DNA of 64,000 nt from Lama glama. Lineage: Eukaryota. Numbering within the stretch: the stretch's first letter is position 1; each line of letters starts with the position of its first letter. Shown in pieces: positions 23,369 through 37,598 of the stretch. A model generated the notes under the pieces. The model was given only the letters and a program-made list of their open reading frames with translations. It was not told the DNA's origin and searched no databases. Both the position numbers and the translations under genes were made by a program. The stretch lies in contig CM052816.1 of NCBI GenBank assembly GCA_028534125.1, forward strand, positions 8,186,001 through 8,250,000. Reading direction: 5' to 3'.

Positions 23369-26300
23369 ATGCAGTAACACGGAAGCCAGGACTGCAGTGC
23401 TGTCTGTGAGCATGTGGGTGTGTGCACGTGCATCCTGGGGGCAGGTGTGAGTGCACCGCTGGCCCAGGGGATGGACGAGGAGGTGGGCGGCCTGGCCAGG
23501 AGGCAGAAGATACGGGTTCTGGTCCAGTCCTGCTGCAGATCCAGTGTGGCCTCCGGCAAGTCTCCGGCCCTCTGTGGGCCTCACTGCCCTCCTGTGTAGA
23601 GTGGATGAGCTCAGAGCGCTCTCCCAGGTGTTCCGGGTGCCCTCGGTGTGTGTGTTGGGGGACACGGGCTGGGCCATGGCGGGGAGGGGTGCGGGGTTCC
23701 CGGGCTCGCTGGCTGCACCGAGGACCTTCTTCCGCACGCTGCGCTCTGCATGGCTCCCTTCAGCTTCCAGTCGGTGCGGCGTGTGTAGGCGAAAGCCCTG
23801 CTGTGAATTTTGAAAATAGTTATTTTTGTCGCTGGCAAAGGAGGCCTGTTAGGACTCGTCAGCTTGTGGATGAGCAGGACGGGCGGGGCGGGTGCCGTAC
23901 TGTGAGGGGGGCTCAAGAGTCGGATACAGAGCTGCATCCCCACCGCAGAGGTGCCGAGTGCAGTTGTGAGGGTCTGGCTTGGGGCTGCTCAGTGGAGGTG
24001 ACCATCAGTGTCCTGGGCCCCTTCCTCCCAGCCCTGATCTCTTGACCTCTTATGGCCTCCCCCGACTGGAACCCTTCTCTGTCTCCAAGACGGCGATGCC
24101 TTGGTCGTGGTGGGGCGGGGGCCAGGACTAGCTGAGGCCTCCGAGATCCAGCCACCCCCAGCACTTCTGCCTGCTCTGGAGGGAAACTGCAGAAGTTCTA
24201 GGCCCGGAGTACCCCAGGGATGGGTTATCCATGGTCTGCCCATTGTTCAGGCTATTCCAGCTCTACTGGATGCTTGACCTAGCTGCGCGGGCTGGGCCCT
24301 TCCAGAGAGAGTGGTGTGGAGCCAGGGCGCCCCTGACACCCCAGGTTTACCCAGCTGAGTGGAGGTCTCTCCCGTGCTTGTTGAGTTGACCCTGCCCAAG
24401 GTGGCCCAGCCTCCGGCTCCAGCCCTGCTTCTCTTCCTGGGTCCCTACCCTTTGAGGCCACAAGTGCAGGACCATAGAGGCCTATTTCTGCTCTTCTCTG
24501 GGCACCAAGAACTACCCCCTGTGGCCACCCTGGCCCCAAGCATGGAGAGTGCAGCTGGGGTTGAGGGTTGGGGGCTGGTGCCTGTTCCTGGTGCCCTGAG
24601 AAGGAGGCTTCATCTAATCTTAAACCCAGCCTAGAGCTCACCTGCTTCAGAGTCCTGTCTATCCCAGAACCCAGCAAACAGCCCAGGAGCCCCACTCAAG
24701 CTTTAGCCTGCAACCCTGTCCACCACCTGGCGGTCCCCAGGCCTGCCAAATCCGGGTACCATCAGCTGGCCAGTGCCTGGCATTGGTGGAGGTTCTCAGG
24801 GTGAGGAGCAACTCAGGGCTCAGGACATTGTGCTGAGCAGCTCGGCCTGCTTGCTGTGGCTTCTGCTCTGCCTAGCAATCCGCGTGGCTCCCATCCACCC
24901 CTCCTGCCTCCTGTGGCTCCTGCATTCCCCCCAGCCAGGGCACCTGGGGCTGGACTCTGTCAGGCCCCTGAGTGGCATCACCAGGCAGATGCTTGCACCA
25001 CCTATGTGGGGAGGGATGGAAGGGAGAGCAGACCAGAAGCAGCTCTGGCCCCTTGGGTACTTGACCCAGCTGTGCCAGCTGGGCCTGCAAGGGGGAATGA
25101 AGCCCAGAGATGCTAGACAGGACCCCTCTTTCCCCCTTGGCTGGGCCAGATGTCAGCAGAACTGCCAGCCAGATGGGTCAGAGCCAGGGGCAGCCCTGTC
25201 CAAACTGAGTCCTGCCTATGGAGTCCGTGGCAGGGATGACCTGTTCCCTAGGAGCCAGGAGAGAATCCCAGACCTGGCTGGAGAGGCAGGGCTCTGATCT
25301 CTGCCCTGGGCCTTGGCATCATTTCCTTTTCTTGCTTGATGCCTACTGGCAAGTAGCCCTCAGCACAGGAAAGAGGGGAGCGGAGGAGGGTTAGGGAAGG
25401 AGCATGTTGTGGGAGCCAGGAGTTCTGGATTGTCATCCAGACTCCGCCCCTGAATTGTGTGACTGTGGGAAGGGCAGCTTCCTCTCTTTGGGCCTGAGTC
25501 CCATGTCTGTAAAGGGCATGGGCCCCCTCAGGGCCCTTCCAGACCTAGTGGAGGCTAAAGAACCCAGGGCAGGAGTGCTGGAGTCACATAGACCCTAGGT
25601 GGGTACGTCCCACTGTGTCTCTGCAAACAGGCGGTGATTGCACCCATCTCACGGACGTTTGTTGTGAGGTATAAATAGTGCAGTATGCAAAGTGCTTAGC
25701 ACAGGGCTTGGCTCAGAAGTGGAAAGAACTATTTTTCACGTCCTTGGAGTCAGTGAAGGAACATCTTGTCTTTGCATTTCTCAGGAAGAAATGGAGGCCC
25801 CACTGGGAAAGAGACCTGCCATAAGCATTCACAGCCAATGGCAGGACTTGAACCTGGGTCCTCCCTCTAGCTGCAGGTCGTGCTGTGCGGACGTGGGCCC
25901 GGCAGCTGGAGTCCTCAGTAGTCCCTTGACTCCCTGCTTCCCTCTTCTCTGCAAGGAGTGCCTCCTATGTGGGACATCTCAGGGGACAGAGCTGCTCTCT
26001 GACCTTTGATTTCTCTCCCTTCTGAATTCCAGTCTGGCATTACTTACTGCTGTTAATGAACCAAATCACCCTCCACCTAGACCCTCTGTAGGATCATTTC
26101 TCTCTTGGCCCACTTTCCACCGATTCTGCCCCCATGCTCACTGCCCTTAATGGGACAGGCCTCGCGGGAAACGTGCGGATGGCACGTTTTCCATGGTGCC
26201 TGCCCAGGCCCTGCAGGACCCCGAGGCACTCGGGCATGTGCATGTGAGCACGTGCGGAGGCTGTGGAAGAAGGTGGGATTTGAGTCGGCTGTCGGCCCCC

Positions 26301-26784
26301 CTGCTATGGCCCAGGAACTTGGTCCTGGCCCCCACTTGCCCCTCCGGAGCTACATGGGGTACAGCCTGTGTTCACATTCCCGTTCCCTCTCCGAGTGTGT
26401 CAGAGCCGTGCTCAGCGCCCTCCAGGGCGCCCACCCCTGGCCGCCAGCCTGAGGCAGGCAGGCCTGCTCTTGAGTACCGCACTGCAAGTTGCAGATGGGG
26501 GCACGTGTGCTGGCTCTCCTGCCTGCTGCGGCCCTGGGGAGCAGGGAGTCTGGCAAGAACAGTCCCCCGATGCAATCATCAGCTCATTCTCTCAGCGCCA
26601 TGGAGGCAGGGCTGGCTCCTCGCTGCCAGCCACCACCGGGCACAGCTGCCAGCCTCTTGGGCACAGGGGAGGCAGTGAATTAGCGGTTGTGCCTCCTTGG
26701 CAGGGTGGCAGCTACAGTCAGGATGGAAGTGCCCCTCCGAGGCAGTGCCCACACCCCTGTGCTAGGCTCTCGAGGGTTCGGAGA

Positions 26785-26814
26785 GTATGTATGTGTGTGT
26801 GTGTGTGTGTGTGT
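26785..26814. repeat. (TG)n microsatellite
   Basis: Directly visible. Confidence 0.95.
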
Positions 26815-29259
26815 AAATGAGAGTTGCCAAGGAGACCTTTTCCTTTTCCACATCTACCTCCCTCTCTGTGGTCTCCAGCCATCTCTGCACCACCAGCATC
26901 CTGCAGCCTGCCATCCTCCATTACCATGTGCACAGGGTCCGGGCCAGCACGGGAAGGGAGAGGAGAGTGACTGAGACTGAGAGAAAGGGAGGAAACAAGG
27001 CAATAGAAACAAGAAAGGGGGTGAAAAGGAATAGGAAGGATGGGGACACCTGAGAAGGAAGGGTTCAAGTGAGGGAAGAAAGAGGTGGGGAAGGGGAGCA
27101 GATCAGGCCAGCTCTAAACCAAGCAGGATTATCACCTCCTTTATTCAGAACATTAGACTTCCATTAATACAGCCTCAGGGCACCTTTGCCTTTTGTTTTA
27201 TTTGTTAATTTCAAATTTGTTCGTTTGCTTGTTGGCACCTGATGTGCTAGAGGCCTTGTGACCCCTGCCCTCTAGCCCCAGTCCTTTGTTCTACAGGAAT
27301 TCTGCAAACCAGTCCTGGGCAAGGTAATGTTCAAACCATGAGCTCAACTCCAGTGGGGACTCAGAGAACAGCACCCAAAGTGCTGGCACTTGATGATACT
27401 GATGATACTTCCAGGATTCAGAGACAGCGGTGTGACGAGGGAGGGGCTTGAGTCCCTTAATAAGAATAATTTTTCCACCTGCTGAGCATTTACAGTGTAT
27501 CAGCCACTGTGCTCACCTCATTTAATGCTTAGAACAGCCCTGGAGCTAGGCAATGCTTAACCCTGTTTTGCAGACTAAGAAATTGAGGCACAGAAAAGTT
27601 AGGATATTCATCCCAAATCACACAGTCTATGGGTCATGGAGTCTCACTAACCACTGCATGACACTGCCTCTCCTCTCCCCTGGGCAATGACCGAGGTGGC
27701 CTCTGTGGTCACTAAGGGCTGTTCCTGTGCTTTCATGCATGGAAGCCGTCCCCTCCCGGGGGCAGGCTAGAGGTTCTGGGGCAGGGAGGTGGCAGTGCAG
27801 CCTTCTCCTGCTTGCCTGAATCTACCTCTAGCCTCTAGCAGCGTTTCGTGCCCTGCCTGCTGCCCACCGGCTGTGCAGCCCCCAAGCAAGGGCCTCTCTT
27901 CTCTGCCTGTGAATTGCAACGTTGGCGGCAGAAGCGGGAAGCATATTGTGCGCAGAAACAAAACTGAGTGGTTTTTCCTTTTTCTGAAGGTGGTAATGGT
28001 GCAATTAGTGGCTAAGCCATTACCCCCTCCTCCCTGGCTCTCCTCCTCTCCTTCCCCTCTGCCTCCCTCCTGTTTCTCTCCTGGGAAGAAGTGGCTGCAT
28101 CAGAGAGCCAAACCCTATCATCTTCTCCCACTTCCAGCTCCCAGGAAGAGGGGCAGAATTGGTGGGGGGGGTACCCAGATGTCTCCAGGGATCCCTGGAC
28201 CTAAAATAGTGAGTCAGGGATCTGCTGACAACAGACAACATGTCCAGCAAGTGAGATGACTACTAAGGCAGTCTGAAAGTTCCAAAGGGGTGGGCTGGAA
28301 ACCCAGAGGGTTTGGATCCTGGATGCATTTATCCTGTGCTCTTTGCCGGCCAGTGCTGGTGTGAGACAGCCTGGTGGGCTGTGAAGTGAGCCTGAATGGA
28401 GGAAGGGTGGGGTGTAAGGGTCTGAGATTCTAAGTTCAAGCTAGAGTGATGGGGGTGGTCATGGTCACACTTTAGACCTTCCTTTTCCTCTTCTAGAAAC
28501 TAAAAAGAAGCCTCATGTTTACATACTTCCCAAAGGCCTCCACAGCCCTCAGCCTGCTCCATCTTCGTGGCCTTCCTCTGCAGTGGCACCTTAGTTCTGT
28601 TTTGTAGAAAAGGGACTGAAGGCTCAGAGAGGGGCTGTGACTTCCAGGGAGACACAGCTAATGTATGTTGGGATTGGAAATTGAACTCAGATCTTTATAT
28701 GCCAGTCCCTTTTCTTCTTAACCCCCTCGGCCTAGGGGCTCACCTTGGGGCTATAGATGTGATTACAACCCTGAAGAGTTGAAGTTGGCAGGGAAAGTGC
28801 CTACAAAAATTTGGGAATGAGGATTTCAAGGCAGTCTCTGGCCACTCCCCTCCAAGCCAGGCCATGCTCCCCTCCCCACTGCCGCCTCCGCGTCTCTCAC
28901 CTTGACTTGAAACATAAGCAGAAACTGGGACATGAGCCCCAGGAGACCAGATCTCCTTGGCCCCTCTGGGGGCCTGGGGTGGGGAAGCGGATATGGAAGA
29001 GACCTCAGGAGGGGACCAGTTGTCATAGTTGAGGGGGTGGGGGTGAGCAGGCAGCTAAGGGTGTTCCTTCCAGAATTCTGGTAGTCCTCTGCACATCTCC
29101 CCCAAGCTAGAGTGCCAGTATGATGGACAACGTGGCAGGGAACAGAGAGAGGGAGAGCAGAATAAGAGAGATACAGAGGCAAAAAAAAAAAAAAAACAAC
29201 CCAAAACAGGAGCAGAGAGATAGTTAGAGACTATAGTCATCCACTGAGAGAGAGAGATC

Positions 29260-30003
<744 letters not shown>

Positions 30004-33000
30004 TGAGTTGCACCTCAGAGAGTCCTGGAAGGCTCAAGGGGGTCAGTGTCATGGGTTGGGGGTGTGCACCTGCAGTAATTTCAGTGCAAACACAGGGAGG
30101 AAGGCTGCATGTGTTTGGGGGCCCTTGTATGTGCAGAGTGCCCAGAGCCGGGCGCGGGCATGTTTGCCAAGATGTGCTGAGGTCAGCTGGGGGAGTGTGT
30201 GTGTAGAGGTGAAGGGTTGACAGTGGATGGCAGCATGTGTGTGCACACGCACACACAAGTGCACATGACCTGAGCACACACAGATTCTTAGAAACTCAGG
30301 ATTAAAAAGGGATCTTCCCAGTCGGCTGAGTCCAAGGCTGGAATCCCCTGTAGAGTTTCTCTTGAGGTGGCCATCTGGCCTCAACTTGGTTACTTTTGGT
30401 GACAGAGAGCTCACCATCTCCCAGGTAGTCCCTCCTGACTTTAGACACCTCCAGAGGCTGTGTAGCGTGGCCAACTGCTCCCTCCCTGTAAGCACATCCT
30501 CTCGCCACCTTCCCCCTGCCAGCTCCTGCTAGGGGTGAGTGCATTGGTAGAGCAGAGGTTAATAACTGAGCCATTGGTGAAGCATCCTGGGTTTTAGGAG
30601 GAGGGGAAGGGCAAGCAGGCGAGCTGTGAGGGGGGACACTACTGTTGCAGGGGCTAGTGATGTGAGTGAGGGTGCACCAGCTCTGGTCCCCTGGCAATGT
30701 TGTCCAGCCCCAGAGCTCATTTCCTGTTTCTGATGACTGGTGTAGAGAGAAGGGTGGGAGGATGGGGGGAGAGGAGAGCAGCTTGGGGTAGCTTCATAGG
30801 TTGAGGAGTGTCTGGGAAGCATTCCTGGATACCCTGGGCTAGGATGTCCCCTGGTGGATCTGGGGATGGATTCAGGGCAGGGGTACATTTTGGAGGCAGA
30901 GTTTGCCCTGTGGGCAAATCGGCTCCAATGCCCTGAGTGGTCCCTGCTGGAGCAGCAGGAATGCAGGGGACAGGGGCCCTGTAAGCATGTATGTGCTGGT
31001 GTGAGGTCTGGATGGGCACACACAGGAGTGCATTTTGACATGAGTTGTGTGAGGACTGACTCTGGAGGACACTTGTGTGCACTGAAAAGGTGTGCAAGTG
31101 TTCACGAGTGTGTGCATAGGGGAAGGTGCTGAGAAGTGCTTCATGTGAGGCCTGAAAATGCAAGCGTGCCCTGCAGGGGTGGATGGATGCAAGTGGCACA
31201 AAGGGGTATGTTGGCTGGTTTGCACGGGAGCAAAGGTGTGCACATGCGTCACTGTGTATACCCATTATGGCAGGTCAGAGCTGTGTGCACATCAGCTGTG
31301 TGTAAATATATGTCTGTGTAAGGATGCACAGGTGGGACTTTGCCTCGTTGGTGTTCCTGGGAGGTCTGGACGTGCACATTTGTGAGGACTGGGGGGCATG
31401 CCCACGGAAAGGTTTGTGTGTGTGCTGTGAAGCTTGGCCCCACGGGCTCGAGTGGGAGTGTGGGTGCTGAAGGCATGTGTGAGCTCAGGCTGGTGTCTAC
31501 ATATGTGTGGGAGGTGGGCCTGTGTACAAGGAGGCTGCCCGCGCGCACACACACACTCACACACTTGCGCACTGGGCTATCCTGACACCTACAGGCACAC
31601 ACCGGCTCCCTTGTATAGACACACTCCCATGTGCAGACGTGTGCTCACTCTTGTCTGCAGGCTTCCTGTCTTTCTGAGTATATTTTTGTGCTGGGGGTTG
31701 GGTGGGGGGACAGCAGGAACGAAATGTTTAGGGCCGCTCTGGGCATGTGCTGTGTGCTGCCTCTTCTCTGGGTTCCGGTGCCCGCTGGAGGCAAGGATTC
31801 CCTAATCAGCTGGGAGCTGCCTCTCAGGGTGCGACTAAGGCTTGGTTCTGGAAGGACTGCGTCACAGAGTGCAGTGAAATGGAGTTGAGATGTGACTCAG
31901 GCACTCAAAGTGAAAATAAAAGTGATGTTTTGCCCCAAGAGGAGATGGATATCATGCAGACTGGGTGCTGTGGGTGGGACTTGGCGGAGAGCGCCTTCAT
32001 GAGCCTTCTCAGCCCCACTGTCTGCCGGGGCGCTTGGAGGGACTGGGTGCAGGCAGAATTTCAGGGGACACGGAGCCCTTTTGTGGCCATGGCAGGAAAA
32101 CCAAGGGTGGCAGGCATGGCCAGGTCTAATCTCATCACTTTCAGACCTCTTCTTTCCACAGCCTTCAGTGCTCTTAACCTTTTTTAGGTCACATATTCTT
32201 CCAGATATCTGATTAAAGTCTAAGTCTACCTTCCCTAGAAAAATGTGCAAACCTATGAAATGTTGCAGGCAATGTCAGGAGCTTGCAGGACATCATGGGG
32301 GCTGAGGATGGGCCTGCGGTTCAGGGTGCTTGTATCGGAAAAAAAGGAGATGAGGCCATACACCTCTGATGCCCGGGCTTGAAAGCCTGGGGTGCATCAC
32401 CGAGGAAGCAGGGCTCTCCTGCTCTGCGTGCAGCTTCAGTCCAAGCGCCCAGTTGGGGACGCAGTGGCAGTGCCCGGCACAGGCCACAGGCCCTGTACCT
32501 CCCCACCCACAGCACTGTGATACCGGGGAGGTTTGGGCACCTCTTTTCCCCAACATGTAACCTGGAGATAAAAAAATAAAAGGGCTGTGAGGATGAAATG
32601 CGATGGTTCTCTAGAAGACATAGGGACAAGCCTGGCACACTGGGATCATCGTTGCCCTCAGAGGCTGGGCAGGGTGAAGCCGAGGGCTAGGACCTGCCAC
32701 GTGTTTACCTTTCATCTAGAGTTTGCCCAGCTTCAATGAGGGGGCTGACTAACCCCCACATCCCTGCCCATCCACCCCCTGCCCCTGGGATGGCAGCGAT
32801 TCAACAACTCCTGTTGAGAGAGGCACTGAAGATGCCTGCAGAGCCCATACTTCACTTGGTGACCCAAGGTCTCTGCCAGCTGGGACCCTGCAGTTACCTC
32901 CCAGAAGCTGAGCCCCCGCTCCGGGAGCCCACTTCAGATCACTGGCATGGTGACCGGCGGAGGCAGCCGGGCTGGCTCTACAAGGGGACATGGGGGTCTT

Positions 33001-35097
33001 TGGACCTCCTTCTGCAGGGCCCTGGCTGCCCAGCTGGAGAGGAGGGCACGTGCCTCTCGAAGGCTTCCTGGCACCCTTCCCAGTGAGGACTGGCTCATGA
33101 CTGCAGGCCTTCGAGGAGCTCGGGTGGGGCTGGCGATGGATGTCAGAGGAGCTGTTCCTCCCCCACTCGGTGGACAGCCAGCCGAGCGGGTGTGGGCTGG
33201 AATCAGGTCCCTGTGGCCTCTTAATGCTACTGGATGCAGGTCCCACTGCAGCGTATGATTCAGGATAAGCTGGGAACTTGATTCCTGGTCCCCTAGAGGG
33301 TTAAAGTGGTGCTGTCTCTTGGGACCCAGAGACAAGCTTACTCCCTCCTCTCTTGACCCCAATCCTCCTTCCTCCCAGGGGTGAGAGGAACAGAAGCCCA
33401 GACCTTCGGAGCACGGAAGCTGGTTCAGGAGCAGGCTGCAGTGATGCCAGCTCCAGGGTCAGGGTGGGCCTGGGTTGGTGGGCAGAGCTCCAGGCAGACC
33501 CGACCTTCTCGAAGACCAAGATCAGGGGAAAGAGTCAGGTTCCAGGAGGTGGAGAAGGAGGACGCTTCCTCCAGCATTTGACATTCTCTGGGCTTTGGAT
33601 CCCACTCCCAAGAGAGGTTAGGAAGGCAGAATTACCCTGCAGCCTGTGTAATCACTGTGCTGTGCAGAAAGAGCCTTCGAAGGAGATTTTACTCGAGAGA
33701 GGGGGAGGGGGGGAAGGGAGGGAGGCTGGAGAGAGCATGCAACCCACTCCTTTCTCTCTAGAAACAGATCTGAAATTGACTCATGGGCAGTGCTGGGGCT
33801 GCGGGAGGGGCTGCAGGGGCCAGCAAGTTTGCCAGAGGGAGGGGAGAGAGCTGGTTCTGGAGCCCCTGTCCCCTCTTCCCTCTACCTTTTTGTATCAGGA
33901 ATGGGGCTTGGGCTGAGCTGATTAGTAGGGGACACTGGGGCCCAGAGACAGCTCCTTGCCCTGGGGGGGTCCTAGGTCTTGGGTGCTTAGTCTCCCTCTT
34001 GAGACACAAGCTCTAATGCCTGTAAGATGTGTTTAGTAATCCCATCCTTCCCTTGCTGTGAGAAGGATCGATGGTGTGATATTGGAGGAGAGAACACCTG
34101 GGCATTGATGCACCAAAGATGGGTGTTGTGCTTGTATTTTGCTTCTAATAACCTCTCACATTCGCAGCACTTTGGGGCCAGTGAGGCACTTCTCTACTCA
34201 TTAGCTCATCTCAGGAAGGCAGGGGACTGACTTACCCATCTTACAGATAGGCAGACTGAGGCTTGAGAAGGTGAAATGACCAGCTCAGAGGACTGGTGGC
34301 AGTGCGGCTTGCCTGTGGGTCTCCAGAACCCTGCATGTGGGAGGAGGGTTGATGAGAGGTACCACTCCTGGTGCAGTGTCTGGGGGAAACTTCCAGGGAA
34401 CTGGGGCACTGGCCTTGTGGATGAGGGAACTTTGAGCTGTCACTTATTTTCCAATTATGGTTTTGCCTCTATAATTTACTGCGTCACCCTGGGTGGATCC
34501 CTTGGCCTTTGTGTACCTCAGATTTACCATCTGTGAAATGGGGATCAGAATACTTCTGCGGATGCTGAAATGCACCACTACAGTTGCTACCCTCTTTAGC
34601 TTCCTTCTGGGGAAGGCACCTGTGGGAAATTTCAGGCTCCCAGAACATCAGAACGGGAAGCACCATAGATACTGTCTCCTCACAGCCTCGATGGTGGAGC
34701 CAATACTCAGGGAGAAATGTTTTACCCAAGGCCACAGGGAGAGGTAGTGGCAAAGCCAGGGTAGGGGACCAGATGATGTGCAGGGGCCAGAGGCCAAGGA
34801 TGGGACGTTGGGGGGCAGGTAGGACAAGGGAAGGGGACAGCCTTTCCTCCCTCCCACTCCAAGCTACCAGAGCGGAAGGCACGCACATGTTCTGGTGCAT
34901 GCCGCAGCCCTCCGCCTCCACGCAGCCACCCCCACACAGGCTGAGACACACTGACACTGCCGAGCCTCCCTCCCGCCTGCCCGCCTCCCTGCTCAAGCAC
35001 ACGGTGACTGCTGCCAGCACCCCTGCAGTCTGGGCCCCGGCCCTCGCAGTGGGGTGAGGGCAGAGCCTTGGAATGCAGCGCCCGTGTCCTGCTGCTA

Positions 35098-35136
35098 TTG
35101 CACGCGTGCGCACACACACGCACACACACACACACG
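35098..35136. repeat. Alternating purine-pyrimidine (CA/CG)n tract
   Basis: tgcacgcgtgcgcacacacacgcacacacacacacacg. Confidence 0.85.
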
Positions 35137-35242
35137 GGTGCATCTGGACATGCATACACACACTGGCTCCAACAGGGCATCGAGCAAGAGTCTACCTCCC
35201 AGTGCAAGGAGAGCAAGATGATGCTGGCTGGGCTTCTGGGCT

Positions 35243-35400
35243 GTCTCTCTGTCTCAGTCTCTCTCCTCCCTTTCCTCTCATCTCTGTCTCTCTTTGTCTC
35301 TCTGTCTCTCTCTCTCTGTCTCAACCCTTCTCTCTCTTCCTTGCCTGTATCTCTCTGGTCTCTGTCTCTGTTCCTCTCTCTCTGCTCCCCTCTCTCTTGT
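35243..35400. repeat. (CT/CTGT)n polypyrimidine low-complexity tract
   Basis: Directly visible. Confidence 0.9.
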
Positions 35401-37423
35401 GCAGGTCCCTTGGCCAAAGTACCCCCCTCCTGCATGCATACTGTCCATGGCACAGTCCCTTCTGAGCCTCTCTGTGGCGCGTTAGGCAGCCTTCCACCCC
35501 AGGCCAGCCTGGCACAGGCCCCAGAGCATGTCCGAGTCTGCTGAGGCCCAGCCAGGGCACTAGATCTAGGTCCTCACAGGGCTTGGCTACCAACCAAGGC
35601 ATCAGGTGAGGCTATAAGGCCAGTGGGACTTTCTGTGCTGGGGAAGGCTGAGGTCCTTGGTGTCCTGGGATCACATAAAAGGAGGAACATGTCTGTGACT
35701 CTTGCATCCACTCAACGAGTGTTTCCTGAGCACATACTCTGTTTCCAGCCCTGGGCTGAGCCCAGCAGTACCACATGCCAGACTTATGTCATCTTTGCCC
35801 CCCCTGGGGCTCATGGTCTAGTGGGAAGCTGAGGTTAATTAAATCACTTCAGATATTATTATTTAAGTGCAACTGGATAAGGATTATGGGCACAGACATG
35901 GGGCTATGAGCTGTAAAGAGACTTCAACTAGTTAGGGTGAGGGAGGTATCAGGGAAGTCTCCCCTGAGGAGGTGGCATTGGGGAGCTGGAAGCCTAATAA
36001 GAATCAGTCAGAGGGAAGAGGGTGGAATAGTGTTCTTCAGAGTGGGAACAGCATAGGCAAAGGCTCTGAGGTGTGCATTTTGATGGAGCACATCAGCCCT
36101 GGGGGGGTTGGGGGGTTCCATTCTTCTTAGGCCTGCTCAGCCTGCCTCCAACTTTTGGATGCCTGGGGGCTAGAAGGGCTATTAAAAAGCTGTAGATTGT
36201 CTAGAAGAGAGGCCAGGCAGGGTGGCCAAGGTCTGGAAGCCAAATCAAGTGAGACAGGGCTGAGAAGCTGGAGGACTTCAGCAGGGAGAAGAGACCCTCG
36301 GGCAGGGGAGGTGTCCTCTCCCCTCATCTCTGCAGGGTCATCTTGGGGTCCCAGATGATGAGAGAAGACTGCTCTGTGCGGCCCTGGAGGGCAGAGCAGG
36401 GCCCCATGTGTAGAGGAACAGGGAGGTGGATTTCAGCTCAGCGTAAGGGAGAGCTTTCTAATGGCCAGAACCGCTCCTCTACCCCCTTGATGGACGTGGC
36501 CTTGGGAGACAGCACTCTGCTAGCAGAGATAGATACGCACTCCACAGCCCTCCTCTCGCCCCTGTGCCTCAATTTCCCTCCTGCCCCGCATCCTTGTTCT
36601 CATCCGGTGAGATGCTTTGCTGCGTGCATGAGGCAGGAGATGGTTTAGGGGCTAGAACATCCTCAGTCCCGCACTGAGGATGAAGAGTACTTTCTTGTCT
36701 TGTGGACGGAGCCTTGTCTGAGGTCACACAAGCTATTGACACATGCGAATTGGGCACTCTGGCCACTCCAGCCCAATGCTTGGCTTCTTAACCCTTGGCG
36801 CCTTTCTCGCTCAACCTCTGAAGGTCTTTGGGGTGTGTGTGGACAGAGCCAGGCCAGAAGGCCAGCTGAGCCGGGGGAGAAAACAGCCCCTCAGCATTTC
36901 CCTGCTTTGCCTGCTCTGATCCTGTCACCAAGCTCTGTGGATATATATATTTTTAAATTTTCCTTTTTGTAACCTATTCAAGAAAACCCAGGCACAGCCA
37001 AAACAAGGAATATGTTGGAACTTCTGTTGGTTCAATGTTCCCTGCAGCAAACAGAATCTTCCGGTTCTCAGGCCTTCTGTGTCCCCCATGAGACTTCTGC
37101 TGGGTTGGCGTGGGGCAGGCCTGGGGGATGCGGGACAGCTCGAAGACACAGTGTCCCCGCAGCATCTTCTGGAGTCTGCGAGTAGGCGGTACAGCCCAGG
37201 CGGGGAGGAGGGGAGATGTGTGGTTTCAGTAAAAGGTCCTCGGATTTTCTGGCTCAACAGTGCTGCAGTTTGAGGAGTTTGGGGCAGCACTGGTATGCTG
37301 AGCTGAGGGGAAGAGAGAGAAAACCAAGCAAAGAGGATCCTGAGCTCCCAGTCCCTATCTCCTCTGCCCTGTTTGCCATCTGAGGACCTGCGTCGCTGTG
37401 TTTTGTTTGTTATTAAGAAAGGA

Positions 37424-37427
<4 letters not shown>

Positions 37428-37467
<40 letters not shown>

Positions 37468-37598
37468 TTTTTGCAGGGGGAGGTAGTTAGGTATATTTAT
37501 GTATTTATTTGGTTTTTCAGTGGAGGCACTGGGGATTGAACCCAGGACCTCGTGCATGCTAAGCAGGCCCTCTACCACTTGAGCTATACCCTCCCCCC
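37428..37598 (-). mobile_element. Vic-1-like tRNA-derived SINE with a (TA)n microsatellite in its tail
   Basis: Reverse complement of the 7031 element ('ggggattgaacccaggacctcgtgcatgctaagc..ctctaccacttgagctataccctcccc'); TSD core aaaggacact at 37418-37427 and 37604-37613. Confidence 0.88.

Noticed and set aside
23808..23830. Overlapping MEF2-like A/T boxes in a CpG-rich patch downstream of ARSI
   Set aside because: Both mismatch the YTAWWWWTAR consensus; insufficient support
34484..35544. Long ORFs of 157-243 aa
   Set aside because: Produced by CA and CT simple repeats
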